Position numbers and translations under genes: made by a program. Source: a virus. Taken from it: a stretch of DNA of 64,000 bases. The stretch is taken from positions 14,995 through 78,994 of the IMG/VR virus record IMGVR_UViG_3300030106_005057; one strand, given 5' to 3'. Numbering within the stretch: the first letter of the stretch is position 1; each line of letters begins with the position of its first letter. Shown piece after piece: positions 1 through 10,385 of this stretch. Below the pieces are notes generated by a model, which worked only from the letters and a program-made list of their open reading frames with translations, searched no databases and had not been told where the DNA came from.

Positions 1-219
1 ATTATAAAGCTGCAGGAAGCCGGAGGATATATTGTCGGGCTGACTAGAGACCCTTATAAGAAAGGTGATGCGCACTCAAGTGAAAAAGAAATAGAAGAAT
101 GCATAGATCTTTGTGACACTGTGGTGGATAACAGAAAGTCTACTATAGAAGAGCAATTAAAACTAATTCATGATTCTATTAAGCATATACCTAATGTTAT
201 ACCAGCAACGGAGAATTAA
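1..219 (+). CDS. dNMP kinase-like protein, C-terminal part (truncated by window)
   Basis: Frame 1 is open to TAA 217-219; AGGYIVGLTR...DAHSSE...DTVVDN resembles the C-terminus of phage dNMP kinases. Confidence 0.6.
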   Translation: MIKLQEAGGYIVGLTRDPYKKGDAHSSEKEIEECIDLCDTVVDNRKSTIEEQLKLIHDSIKHIPNVIPATEN

Positions 220-1256
220 TGAGTATTCCAATTGTTTACTTTAGAAGTAGCTCTTTCAATTCGCATAGGATGTGCCCTATGCAATATTATCACGAATACA
301 CTTTAGGGTGGAGGGGAAAGTCAGGGAAGAAGGCAGACAAAGGAACAATCGTTCATAAAGTGCTTGAGCTTGCTGCGTTGTGTAAAAAGGCGCTTCAGGA
401 GGGGTACGAGATATTCGAAGACAGTGAAATAGGAAAGATTGAAACATCCAACTATGATCCAGAGTATCTAGATGAGATTATAGACAAGGTCTATGAGTAT
501 TACACTTCTAGAACTACGCATCACGACTGGAAGCCTCTTGACCTCAAGCACTGTCGAAAGTGGGTCTGGAAAATATTTAATGATGACAATGGCTTCTTTG
601 ATCCTAAGAACAGACTTGTCGTAGACGCAGAACCGCATTTTGATTTTGAAATAGAAGAAGAGTGGGCGAAGTACAGTTACACTTTAGATGACGGAACTAC
701 CCTTGATGGGAATCTATCCCTTAAAGGCACGATAGATCTCATTACTGATGTTGGTGACGATACTTATGAAGTCATTGATTGGAAGACTGGTCGTAGGCTA
801 GACTGGGCCACTGGGAAAGAAAAGACGCCAGCGAAACTGCAGAACGATCCTCAGCTTAGAATGTATCATCTTGCTGTCAAGAAGCTATATCCTCATGTAA
901 AGTCTTTCTTAATAACAATACACTTCATGAATGACGGAGGCCCTTTTACGTTACACTTCCAAGATAGTGATATTGAAGAAACTATGGAGATGATAAAGGC
1001 AAAATTTGAAGTAATAAAGGAAACTGAACGCCCTCAGCAGATAAAAAGTTGGAAATGTAGCAAGTTGTGTTCTGCTGGAAAGACCACTTATGATGACACT
1101 CATGTAGATACGATGTACAACATATTTGGCGCCCCACTAACTAAATGCGAACAGACCATGACTATGATTAAAGAAAATGGTATAGAGTGGGTAACGGGCA
1201 ACTGTATGTCTCCCGACCACGCTATAGGGAAATATAAAGCTCCGGGAGAAGTATGA
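219..1256 (+). CDS. PD-(D/E)XK exonuclease, RecB/AddB/Cas4-like
   Basis: CPMQY, GTIDLI, IDWKTG, QLRMY motifs and C-terminal CSKLC. Confidence 0.85.
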   Translation: MSIPIVYFRSSSFNSHRMCPMQYYHEYTLGWRGKSGKKADKGTIVHKVLELAALCKKALQEGYEIFEDSEIGKIETSNYDPEYLDEIIDKVYEYYTSRTTHHDWKPLDLKHCRKWVWKIFNDDNGFFDPKNRLVVDAEPHFDFEIEEEWAKYSYTLDDGTTLDGNLSLKGTIDLITDVGDDTYEVIDWKTGRRLDWATGKEKTPAKLQNDPQLRMYHLAVKKLYPHVKSFLITIHFMNDGGPFTLHFQDSDIEETMEMIKAKFEVIKETERPQQIKSWKCSKLCSAGKTTYDDTHVDTMYNIFGAPLTKCEQTMTMIKENGIEWVTGNCMSPDHAIGKYKAPGEV

Positions 1257-1798
1257 TAAAGCTACCTTTTAATGACGCTATGATAGCAAGTGCTAGAGAG
1301 AAGGCTATGTCTCTAGGATCAATAAATAATTCTATCCTGAAGGGCGGAGGTAATATAGCTGGGTACTTAGGAGAGGAGGCTTTAGCACCATATGTGGGAG
1401 CAAAGATTGTAAGTAACAACAGAGGTCTTGATAAATATAACCATGATCTTCTTCTAGAATGTGGTCATAGACTTGAGGTAAAGACAAAAAGAAGGACAGT
1501 CTCTCCAAGATCGCATTATGATGTATCAATAGCGGAAACAAGCAAGCATCAGAAACCAGACCTATATGGGTTTATAAGCTTAGAGTTTGACAGATGCACT
1601 AAAAGTCATCCTAAGAAATATTATGGCCTAAAAAATATATGGTTGTGCGGCTTTATGGGATCTTTTGAGTATTGGGAAAGGGCTTCTCTCTGGGAAAGTG
1701 GGAGAATAGACAAAACAAATAGCTTCAAGACTCACGTTAACATGTATAATTTACCTATAAGAGAACTACATGATAGCATTTGGGAATTGATAGAATGA
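1253..1798 (+). CDS. putative restriction-endonuclease-fold protein
   Basis: GYLGEEA...HDLLL...LEVKTK fits E...D...ExK; overlaps both neighbours by ATGA. Confidence 0.5.
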   Translation: MIKLPFNDAMIASAREKAMSLGSINNSILKGGGNIAGYLGEEALAPYVGAKIVSNNRGLDKYNHDLLLECGHRLEVKTKRRTVSPRSHYDVSIAETSKHQKPDLYGFISLEFDRCTKSHPKKYYGLKNIWLCGFMGSFEYWERASLWESGRIDKTNSFKTHVNMYNLPIRELHDSIWELIE

Positions 1799-3672
1799 AA
1801 TACGTACCGCTGCATGTCCATAGCGAATATTCACTTTTAGATGGACTGTCACAAACAAAACATATTGCAAAAAGATTAGAGGAAATAGAGGTTGAGGCTT
1901 GTGCATTAACTGATCACGGCACAGTTAGTGGGGCCATTGACTTCCATAAGACCATCTCTAAGGGTTTTAAGCCTATTCTTGGATGTGAGTTTTATATCAG
2001 CAATAGAGACGCTACCGTAAAAGAACCTGATAATTCCAAACTTGCACATCAGGTTGTCTTAGCAAAAGATTTGCAAGGCTGGAAGAGTCTACTTTCTATG
2101 GTGTCGATATCAAACAAAGTAGAGCACTTCTACCACAAGCCTAGACTGGGAACTGATTATTTCATGGAGCTTGCATCCAAGGGGGAAGGTTCTTTAGTAT
2201 CTTTTAGTGGTCATCTAGGCTCTCGTTTAGCAAATGCCGTTGTAGACAATCCGAACTGGCAAAGTGACGGGATCAGAGAAGCGGAGAGACTACAGGAAGC
2301 ATTCGGTAAGGGTAATTTTTATATAGAAATACAGCTTATTGACTCTCTCATAAATGAGAAGGCAAAAGAAGTTGCTGAAAAACTTAGAGAGATTTCTAAG
2401 CTCACAAAAATACCCTGTGTAGCCACTCCAGATGCACATTACTGTAGGCGAGAAGATGCTCATGACCAAAGGGTCTTACTATGTACCTCAATGCGTAAAA
2501 GTATTGGTCAGGTACAAACAGAATTGAAGCAAGGTAAGTCTCGATCTCTAGGAACATTTTTCAACTCAAACAACTATCATATTCCTAGCTATGAAGATAT
2601 GAGAGATTTTCATACCGAAGAAGAGCTGCAGCATACTGTTGACATAGCAAATATGTGCAGTCAATATGAAATTTTGGGTCCTCCAAACCCACCTGTATTC
2701 GACTCCCCAGACGGGATGTCTCCGAATGACTACCTCAGACAATTATGTAGAGATGGTTGGTCTAGAAAGATGAGTCATATTGAGAAAGGCTCACTGTTCA
2801 GTGAGTACGGAGATAGGGTCAATAAAGAGATTAAAATTTTTACTGAGACTAATCTATCAAGCTATTTCCTTATTGTTAGAGATATTCTGAAGTATGCTGA
2901 GAGAAGAGGCTATCTCACAGGGCCCGGAAGAGGAAGTGCCGCCGGATGTATGGTTTCCTATCTTATGGATATTACCAAAATTGATCCTATGCGGCATGAT
3001 TTAATTTTTGAGAGATTTTACAATGCTGGACGAAATGCAGGTGGAAGAGTATCAATGCCTGATATTGATATTGATGTTCCTAAACAATCTAGGAATGATA
3101 TTATAGATTATATCAAACAGAAGTATGGAGAGGATAATGTAGCCCAAATCGTTACTTTCCAAACTCTGAAAGGTCGGGCCGCGCTCAAGAGGGTCATGGC
3201 AGCTAGAGGCAATATAGGTTTTAGTGAGCAAAATGCTATAACGTCTCATATCTTAGATGAAGCAAAGATCTCAGATGAACTACAGGATATGAAAGACGAG
3301 CTAGGAACTGCCTCTGTTATAACTTGGGCTCTTGAAAACAAGAAGGACAAACTGAAAGAGTGGTGCTATGTAGATGATAATGGAACACTGCAAGGTAAGT
3401 TTGCCAAGATATTTGAACAGGCCATTAGATTGGAAGATACAAAAATCATTCAATCTAAGCATGCGGCTGGCGTTGTTGTATCTCCTCAGCCTATATATGA
3501 TGTATGCCCAATGGTCATAGACAAAGAAGGAAAGGGTCAACTAGCAGGATTTGAGGGTCCCTCATGTGAAGATGCTGGACTGCTTAAGCTTGATGTTCTT
3601 GGAATCAAAATGCTGGATAAGATTATGGAAATGCCTGATATTATAAAGAACACTTATAAAGTGCAGGTATAA
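1795..3672 (+). CDS. dnaE: DNA polymerase III alpha, N-terminal half (PHP, palm, thumb)
   Basis: LHVHSEYSLLDG, ALTDHG, GPGRGSAAG, MPDIDID, KHAAG, KLDVLG; ATG 1795 overlaps the upstream stop. Confidence 0.93.
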   Translation: MKYVPLHVHSEYSLLDGLSQTKHIAKRLEEIEVEACALTDHGTVSGAIDFHKTISKGFKPILGCEFYISNRDATVKEPDNSKLAHQVVLAKDLQGWKSLLSMVSISNKVEHFYHKPRLGTDYFMELASKGEGSLVSFSGHLGSRLANAVVDNPNWQSDGIREAERLQEAFGKGNFYIEIQLIDSLINEKAKEVAEKLREISKLTKIPCVATPDAHYCRREDAHDQRVLLCTSMRKSIGQVQTELKQGKSRSLGTFFNSNNYHIPSYEDMRDFHTEEELQHTVDIANMCSQYEILGPPNPPVFDSPDGMSPNDYLRQLCRDGWSRKMSHIEKGSLFSEYGDRVNKEIKIFTETNLSSYFLIVRDILKYAERRGYLTGPGRGSAAGCMVSYLMDITKIDPMRHDLIFERFYNAGRNAGGRVSMPDIDIDVPKQSRNDIIDYIKQKYGEDNVAQIVTFQTLKGRAALKRVMAARGNIGFSEQNAITSHILDEAKISDELQDMKDELGTASVITWALENKKDKLKEWCYVDDNGTLQGKFAKIFEQAIRLEDTKIIQSKHAAGVVVSPQPIYDVCPMVIDKEGKGQLAGFEGPSCEDAGLLKLDVLGIKMLDKIMEMPDIIKNTYKVQV

Positions 3673-3706
3673 TATATTATAGGATATATTACAAGAGGAA
3701 AAAATA

Positions 3707-4384
3707 ATGATAAATAAAAGATGGATTATCGTATTTGATTTAGAGACTGACGGGACTGATCCGTACAGTTGCAACCCAGTAGAGTTAGCGGCTGTTCCTG
3801 TTGACCCCAGAACTTTGGAGATTAAGGAAGCTCAGTCGTTTAGGGTTACTATTAAGCCAGATGGAATCGACGATGACGAATATTTTACAAAGGCGAGGCA
3901 GGATACGATAGCTTGGCACGCAAAGACAAGAGGAGTTGAGTCAGAAGATATTATTAAAGAGTGGAAGGATGGTCAGACGGAAAAAGTCGCTTGGAAAAAC
4001 TTTATGTCCTACTGCTCCAAGTATGAAGTTGATAAGAGGCCCGGACAGTGGTACACAGAGCCTATCCCTGCAGGGTACAACATTATTGGTTTTGACTTGC
4101 CAATCCTAAAAAGACTATCGGAAAAATATAAAACAAAGATGCCTCTATCTACGGTTACTAAAATAGATATGATGGATATCTTATTCACTTGGTTCGAGAA
4201 TCTCGACGAGCCTAACAGTATGAAGCTTGATACATTCAGAGACTTCTTCGGCCTTAAAGCTAGTGCACAAGCACATGAAGCTTTGTCAGATACTATTGAT
4301 GAGGCTAAGCTAATGGTCAAGTTTTTGAAGTTCCATAGAAAACAAGCAAGTGTAAGTAAATTTAAGGGCGCGTTCAGTAAATGA
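3707..4384 (+). CDS. DEDDh 3'-5' exonuclease (DnaQ/epsilon-like)
   Basis: VFDLETDG, GYNIIGFD, AHEALSD (ExoI-III). Confidence 0.88.
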   Translation: MINKRWIIVFDLETDGTDPYSCNPVELAAVPVDPRTLEIKEAQSFRVTIKPDGIDDDEYFTKARQDTIAWHAKTRGVESEDIIKEWKDGQTEKVAWKNFMSYCSKYEVDKRPGQWYTEPIPAGYNIIGFDLPILKRLSEKYKTKMPLSTVTKIDMMDILFTWFENLDEPNSMKLDTFRDFFGLKASAQAHEALSDTIDEAKLMVKFLKFHRKQASVSKFKGAFSK

Positions 4385-6018
4385 TAACTCTAGATTGCGG
4401 ATGTCAGTTTGAACAAGACGATGAAGGTAGAATTATCTTCTGCACTGATATAACAAAAATGAATATGGACTGTCCTAAGACTTGGGACTTGATATGTGAA
4501 GGTAACACCAAGGGAGTTTTCCAACTTGAGTCTCAGCTTGGAAGATCTCTGGCAAAACAGGCAAAGCCAAGAAACATAGAAGAACTTTCAGATCTAATCG
4601 CTATCATGCGTCCCGGATGTCTTGAGGCGGTAGTCAAGGGAAAGACTCTTACTATGCACTACATTGACAGAAAGCATAAGGTAGATTCTGTTGAGTACTT
4701 TCATGAAGCGTTGGAGCCTATCCTAAAAAGCACTTATGGGATTCTTGTATTTCAAGAGCAGGCTATTCTTATTGCCCAGCAGATCGCTGGGTTTGACTTG
4801 CAAGAGGCAGATATTCTTCGCAAAGCAATTGGCAAGAAAAAAGCTAGTGTTATGGCAGAAGTTAAAAAGTCTTTCATAGAAAAATCCGAGGCTAGAGGTA
4901 TTGTAACTACAGAAGAGGCAAAAGAAATATTCTCTTGGATTGAAAAATCTCAAAGATACTCTTTCAATAAGTCTCACTCTGTTAGTTATGCTTATAATGC
5001 ATATCTTACGGCATATGCAAAAGCTCATTTCCCACATGAGTTTTTTACTTCGTATCTGAAGCATGCAGTAGGAAAGCCAGACACTTTTATTGAAGTTCAG
5101 GAGCTTGTTAATAATGCAAAAATAATGGGAATCAATACTATGCCTCCTAGTATAATTCATATGAATGAAGAATTTGAACTGATTGAGCAGCATCCAAGAT
5201 ATGGCTTAACAAATGTGAAAGGAGTAGGCTCTTCAGTATTTAAAAAAATGGTGCAGTATATGGATAGTGAGTCCATAGATCCTAGAAATTGTGATTGGTC
5301 TTGCTTTCTGATATTAGTATCTCCAAAAGTTAACAAGAAAGCTTTTGAGAATCTTATACTAGCAGGAGCATTTGATTGTTTTAAAATTCCAAGGTCTACG
5401 ATGCAACATAATTTTAATATCATCAAGGAACTTAGCAAAAGAGAAATCGCTTGGCTAATAGACTACAAGAAGAACAACTACGAAAAAACAACAGAAGAGT
5501 GCTTGCAAGAAATGATTAACTGTTCTCAGGGCAAAGATAAGAATAGGCCGATATTCAGAAGAGATAGATGCCCTATTGTTGAAGATTTGTTGAGAGCTTA
5601 CAACAATCCCGGATATGAGCTCTTCGATTCTCCTTCTTGGCTCTCAAAGCAAGAACAAGAACTGTTGGGTATAGCCTTGACATGCAATAAAGTTGATGAG
5701 TACAATACCGATAGGGCGAATTGTACGTGCAAAGAGTTTATAGATGGCTTCGAAAGTCAATATGGAGCTGTTATAGCTGTGCAGATTGAATCTGTGAGAG
5801 AGTGGAAAATAAAGAAGGGTAGAGCGAAGGGGAAAAGTATGGGATTCATTACAGCTGGTGACACTAGTTGTATTCTAGATAATATAACTGCATTCTCAGA
5901 CGAATGGGAAAAGTATAGAAATTTGCTCTATGAGGGCAATACAGTCCTTCTTAGAGGGAGCCGAGACAAAAATAGAGGAAGTTTTTTGGTAAAAAGAGTT
6001 GAACAACTAACAAGTTAG
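4381..6018 (+). CDS. dnaE: DNA polymerase III alpha, C-terminal half (fingers, HhH, OB)
   Basis: GVFQLES, RPG, TYGILVFQEQ, ADILRKAIGKK, YSFNKSHS, GLTNVKGVG, C-terminal OB fold. Confidence 0.92.
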   Translation: MITLDCGCQFEQDDEGRIIFCTDITKMNMDCPKTWDLICEGNTKGVFQLESQLGRSLAKQAKPRNIEELSDLIAIMRPGCLEAVVKGKTLTMHYIDRKHKVDSVEYFHEALEPILKSTYGILVFQEQAILIAQQIAGFDLQEADILRKAIGKKKASVMAEVKKSFIEKSEARGIVTTEEAKEIFSWIEKSQRYSFNKSHSVSYAYNAYLTAYAKAHFPHEFFTSYLKHAVGKPDTFIEVQELVNNAKIMGINTMPPSIIHMNEEFELIEQHPRYGLTNVKGVGSSVFKKMVQYMDSESIDPRNCDWSCFLILVSPKVNKKAFENLILAGAFDCFKIPRSTMQHNFNIIKELSKREIAWLIDYKKNNYEKTTEECLQEMINCSQGKDKNRPIFRRDRCPIVEDLLRAYNNPGYELFDSPSWLSKQEQELLGIALTCNKVDEYNTDRANCTCKEFIDGFESQYGAVIAVQIESVREWKIKKGRAKGKSMGFITAGDTSCILDNITAFSDEWEKYRNLLYEGNTVLLRGSRDKNRGSFLVKRVEQLTS

Positions 6019-6044
6019 TTTGAAAAGGACGTTATAATATAGTA

Positions 6045-6494
6045 ATGGATGATCTAATAGAAAGAAACATGGGACTTGTTGTATCTGTGGTTAACTCGTT
6101 TAATCCTAGGAACACAGCTGAGAAGGAAGACTATATCCAAGCAGGTAGGATAGGACTATGGAAAGCATTAGAAAAACATGACCCAAAGAAGTCTGCGCTT
6201 TCAACGTATGCTTGGAACCCAATAAGGTGGGAAATAATGAAGGAAATAAAGTCTGTTAAAAATACTAGATATTTTTCTATTACAGATGACAGGAGCCCTA
6301 GCTACTACATGTCTGATACTCTGTGGGAACATTGTCCTGACAGTCTTAGCTCTGAGGAATTTGAGGTAGTAGACCTTAGAAAAATGGGATACACGTTACA
6401 AGAGATAGCGGATATTATAGGAAGAGGAAGATCTTATGTCAAAAGAGTTGTTTACCGAGCCGTTCAGAAAATAAGAGAGTGCAATGACAGATAA
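6045..6494 (+). CDS. sigma70-family sigma factor (regions 2 and 4)
   Basis: NMGLV, EDYIQAGRIGLWKA, FSTYA-like LSTYA, HTH GYTLQEIADIIG. Confidence 0.88.
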   Translation: MDDLIERNMGLVVSVVNSFNPRNTAEKEDYIQAGRIGLWKALEKHDPKKSALSTYAWNPIRWEIMKEIKSVKNTRYFSITDDRSPSYYMSDTLWEHCPDSLSSEEFEVVDLRKMGYTLQEIADIIGRGRSYVKRVVYRAVQKIRECNDR

Positions 6495-8133
6495 GAAAAA
6501 AGTTCTTTTTATTACTGAGTCTCATCACTTAGCCTCTGGATTCGGGACTTATGCGAAACAAGTACTCCCTAGACTAGCCGCTACTGGAAAATATCATCTA
6601 GCGGAGTTCGCCTCTTATGGAGACCCCGCAAGAGTAGGTGAACTACCTTGGGACTACTATAACAACAGTCCGGCAACTCCGGAAGAGACTGAGCAGTTTA
6701 ACTCGTCTCCAGCGAACTCTTTCGGAATATGGAAGTTTGCTAGGGTAATACTTGACTTCAAACCTGACGTTGTGTTGACCTACAGAGACCCTTGGATGGA
6801 TGAGTGGATCAAAGAGTCTCCTCTTAGAAAGTACTTTCACTGGGTGTGGATGCCTACTGTAGATTCTTATCCACAAAAAAGAAGATGGTTAGAGAGCTTT
6901 GCTTCATGTGATGCTATTCTGACATACTCAGAGTTTGGCAAGAAGGTGCTGGATAAGCAATCGAGAGGAAGCATAAATACAATAGGTTGTGCGTCTCCCG
7001 GAATAGACCCTGTCCTATACAAGCCTGTGGATGATAAGGCTAAGCATAAACAGTCCTTGGGTCTGCCTCCAGACTCACTGGTTGTCGGCACCGTGATGAG
7101 AAACCAGACTAGAAAGCTTTTTATAGAGCTAATGAAATCTTTTAGGACGTTTTTAGACAATGCACCAAAAGAGCTGGCAGACAGATCATTCCTGTACCTT
7201 CATACAAGCTATCCTGAAAAAGGAGGATGGGACATCGAGGAAGGCATATTGGAAAACGGGCTCTCTGACAAAGTATACTGCACATATGTCTGTCGGTCTT
7301 GCGGTCATTGGGAACCATCTAAATATCAAGGAATAATTAGGACTTGCCCAAAATGCCACCAAAGAACATCATATATGCCAAATGTAGGTCATGGCTTATC
7401 TATAGAAGACCTGATAAAAGTGTACAATCTTATGGATCTTTATGTCCAATATGCAATCTGTGAAGGCTTTGGTATGCCACAAGTGGAGGCAACTTGCTGC
7501 GGAGTTCCTCTGGCTGCTCCGGACTATAGTGCTATGCAAGATGTTGTAGAGAATACTGGTGGATACCCAATAAAAATAGAAAAGATGTTTCGTGAACTGA
7601 ACACTAACGCAGATAGGGTATATCCAGACAATGATCATCTAGCGGAGATAATTAGTGAGTACTTCTCAAAAGATCCTGACTTCAGAAAAAACAAATCTAA
7701 ACAGGTAAGAGAAGCTACTATGAATCGCTATGACTGGGATGAGACTGCAGCGATATGGGAAAACTATATTGATTCCTATGAGCCTTCTGGTCTACAGGGA
7801 AGATGGGACTCTCCTCCAAATATGGTACAGATTCCGGATGCTCCTCCTCAAGGCCTATCAAATGAACAATTTATACACTGGTGCTTTACTTATCTACTTC
7901 AATCTCCAGAAAGAATCTCTTCTTATGATGCTCATAAGTATATAGCTTCTCTAGAATATGGTTGCTTTGTAGATGGAAGCTATGGCCCTCACCTTGAAGG
8001 AGCGAGTGTAGATGGTTTATTTAACCTGTTCAAGAACAAGGCCAACGAGAATAATACTATAGAATTACTGAGAACTGGACAAGCACAAGGAATACCTATG
8101 AACTTTCTAATGAAAGGAGTTGCAAATGATTAG
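6484..8133 (+). CDS. GT-B (GT4-like) glycosyltransferase with Zn-ribbon insert
   Basis: SGFG N-terminal loop, RNQTRK, EGFGMPQVEA; CRSC...CPKC insert. Confidence 0.85.
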   Translation: MTDKKKVLFITESHHLASGFGTYAKQVLPRLAATGKYHLAEFASYGDPARVGELPWDYYNNSPATPEETEQFNSSPANSFGIWKFARVILDFKPDVVLTYRDPWMDEWIKESPLRKYFHWVWMPTVDSYPQKRRWLESFASCDAILTYSEFGKKVLDKQSRGSINTIGCASPGIDPVLYKPVDDKAKHKQSLGLPPDSLVVGTVMRNQTRKLFIELMKSFRTFLDNAPKELADRSFLYLHTSYPEKGGWDIEEGILENGLSDKVYCTYVCRSCGHWEPSKYQGIIRTCPKCHQRTSYMPNVGHGLSIEDLIKVYNLMDLYVQYAICEGFGMPQVEATCCGVPLAAPDYSAMQDVVENTGGYPIKIEKMFRELNTNADRVYPDNDHLAEIISEYFSKDPDFRKNKSKQVREATMNRYDWDETAAIWENYIDSYEPSGLQGRWDSPPNMVQIPDAPPQGLSNEQFIHWCFTYLLQSPERISSYDAHKYIASLEYGCFVDGSYGPHLEGASVDGLFNLFKNKANENNTIELLRTGQAQGIPMNFLMKGVAND

Positions 8134-9121
8134 AACTCTAACAGTAGCTCCTTATAAGATGTTTGGAGGTCAAGGAAATAAGGCTAGAGGAATAGTTAAA
8201 TGTATCTCAGATCACAAAGACATACAGAACTACAGCATACCTATTTTTTCTGAGAATGTCGAATTCGATCTAGAGCTGGACAAGGAGTCAGAGGATTATG
8301 ACCTTTGCATTCAGAATGTAGACTTTAAAAATTTTGTAAAGACTCCTTATGTTGATGTGGGTATATTTGAGCCGGCTTTCAAGAAGATTCGGTACATAGA
8401 TAACTATGTTAGATTGCTAGACTATGCTATTGTTTTTGGAGAGAAGCAAAAGGAATGCTTGGGCAAAAAAGTCTCGGACAAGGTTCGTGTGGCAAGGCCG
8501 ACGATCATGCCTATGGAAAGGCCTAGTAAACAGAAGACTGCCTTCAGCAAGTTCACTTTTTACACATCAACCTTCGAGGAATATACAAATCTGGACTTAG
8601 TCCTACTCAGCTACCTGACCTCTTTTAGTATAAACGATAAAGTCAATTTGACAATACTGTCTCCTGACCCTAATAGCATGGTAGAATATATCGCTTCGAT
8701 TAAATCTGATATCGGGAGATTTGGCACAATTGACATGTACCCAGAAATAACACTTAGAGCGGAATGTAATTCTTTTTCTGAATTCCAGTGCTTAATTGAT
8801 GCCTCTATGGGTTATGATTTGTCAATAAACACCATGTTGTCAGTGGCATCTGGGAATCCCGTAATCGCTTCTAGCTCAAATGCTATATGTGAATGGGTCA
8901 ACGATGGGATATACAAGTTTGAATCAAACGAAGGTTCGAGGAATAGTTTTTTGATCGGAGATGTTCCCATTAGTAGTTCTCTATCAGAAAAAATGCTCAG
9001 TGCATTTCACGATAGCAAAAAATTTCAAGAAATGCAAGCAGCTTTAATAGAGGACTCTTACAAGTCTTTTTACCCAGACAATGAACAGACAGTAGGAGAA
9101 ATCTTATGTTCTCTGTTATAA
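8126..9121 (+). CDS. divergent GT-B glycosyltransferase-like protein
   Basis: Rossmann-like pattern; SVASGNPVIAS resembles EAMASGxPVIAS; lies in the GT cluster. Confidence 0.5.
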   Translation: MIRTLTVAPYKMFGGQGNKARGIVKCISDHKDIQNYSIPIFSENVEFDLELDKESEDYDLCIQNVDFKNFVKTPYVDVGIFEPAFKKIRYIDNYVRLLDYAIVFGEKQKECLGKKVSDKVRVARPTIMPMERPSKQKTAFSKFTFYTSTFEEYTNLDLVLLSYLTSFSINDKVNLTILSPDPNSMVEYIASIKSDIGRFGTIDMYPEITLRAECNSFSEFQCLIDASMGYDLSINTMLSVASGNPVIASSSNAICEWVNDGIYKFESNEGSRNSFLIGDVPISSSLSEKMLSAFHDSKKFQEMQAALIEDSYKSFYPDNEQTVGEILCSLL

Positions 9122-9972
9122 ACAGAATAAACAGACTAAATAAAACAAGCACTAAAAATATACTTGTGGTGCAAAGAACTAATGATCAATATACGCGGAT
9201 TCTCTCTATGCTAGAGAATGTACAGCTATACTTGTACCATCCTTGGGGAATTGCTAATGAGATGACCCCAGCAAACGTAGTAACTATAACAAATACCACT
9301 GTTCCTGTAACTGGTTCATTCGACTTCATTATATGTATCGGTAGAGGACCTGAGCTAGATATAGCAACAACTCTAAGAGAAAGGTTTGGAATAGAACTTA
9401 TAGTAGTTGAGAATGCTAGTGAACAGACATATTGCCATAGGCCTTTTGGTTTTGAAGTAGCAAAAAAAACTGAGTATAATGACTTTACGAGTGTAAGCGT
9501 CTCTAAACATTTAAACAGGCCTGACTCTATCTTAATCCCTCACTGCGATTCTAACATATGCCAACAAGTGCTACAGAAACAAGATGTAGTGTGTCTATTT
9601 ACTAACTGCCCTCCCCAAACAGTGAAGGGAGTTACTGCGGCAGCTCAGCATCAACTTCTACCATTTAGTTTAGAAAATTTAGCAGTGTCAAAAGTGTTTC
9701 TAGATACAGCTATAGGATACACAGAACATCTAATGCTTGCTCTAGCATATGGATGTATACCAGTAGTTCCTTATTGCGAAGAGATAGAGGGTATACTGAA
9801 CGGCAAAGGGTATATTTTTCATAAGTATGAAGAGGTATCAACATGTGTTGAAAAAGCATTAGCTGACAAGTCAGATTCACACAGTATCAAAGAGACGTTC
9901 TTCAACTGTTTAACAACAAAACAAGATTTCATAAATAAGTGGAATCATATTCTTAGAGGTCAAAAACAATGA
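9106..9972 (+). CDS. divergent GT-B glycosyltransferase-like protein
   Basis: LMLALAYGCIPVV...GKGYIF resembles the GT-B C-domain. Confidence 0.5.
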   Translation: MFSVINRINRLNKTSTKNILVVQRTNDQYTRILSMLENVQLYLYHPWGIANEMTPANVVTITNTTVPVTGSFDFIICIGRGPELDIATTLRERFGIELIVVENASEQTYCHRPFGFEVAKKTEYNDFTSVSVSKHLNRPDSILIPHCDSNICQQVLQKQDVVCLFTNCPPQTVKGVTAAAQHQLLPFSLENLAVSKVFLDTAIGYTEHLMLALAYGCIPVVPYCEEIEGILNGKGYIFHKYEEVSTCVEKALADKSDSHSIKETFFNCLTTKQDFINKWNHILRGQKQ

Positions 9973-10385
9973 GACTATTTATATTCTGTAATGAAAACAG
10001 GCCGGCGATTCCGGGATCTAAAGGGGATGTCAAAACTTTAAGTAGCACAGATATTTCTAGTGCTATAGATTACTACTATTCGAGAGTAGAAGCTTTTGGG
10101 TTCGTGGAATCTTCTGAGTCTGAAGATTGCATACAACAACTTTTATCTAAAGTTGGGGCAGGAGGAGTAGTGAAGTTACAGGGTGTAGATATATATCAAG
10201 CTGCGGAAGCGTTATGCACGGGAGATTTGAATATATCCGACTTCTCTACACTTGTCCTGAAAGGTAAAAATAGACCAACTAGCCTACATTCGTTGATGGA
10301 TGAAGTGAAGTCTTCGGGAGAATTCTCCATTGAGTATGCTGGCATATCAGGGCTACACTATATATTGGAAGCGAGGAGAAAATGA
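9969..10385 (+). CDS. hypothetical protein, weak methyltransferase-like pattern
   Basis: Coupled ORF; LLSKVGAGGVVKL resembles the LKPGG motif. Confidence 0.4.
   Translation: MRLFIFCNENRPAIPGSKGDVKTLSSTDISSAIDYYYSRVEAFGFVESSESEDCIQQLLSKVGAGGVVKLQGVDIYQAAEALCTGDLNISDFSTLVLKGKNRPTSLHSLMDEVKSSGEFSIEYAGISGLHYILEARRK

Noticed and set aside
219-1256. Cas4-like nuclease as part of a CRISPR system
   Set aside because: No other cas genes or array; stand-alone Cas4/RecB-like nucleases are common in phage replication modules
3600-4480. Split intein or intron at the DnaE break
   Set aside because: No intein N- or C-terminal signatures; the intervening DNA is filled by an exonuclease ORF
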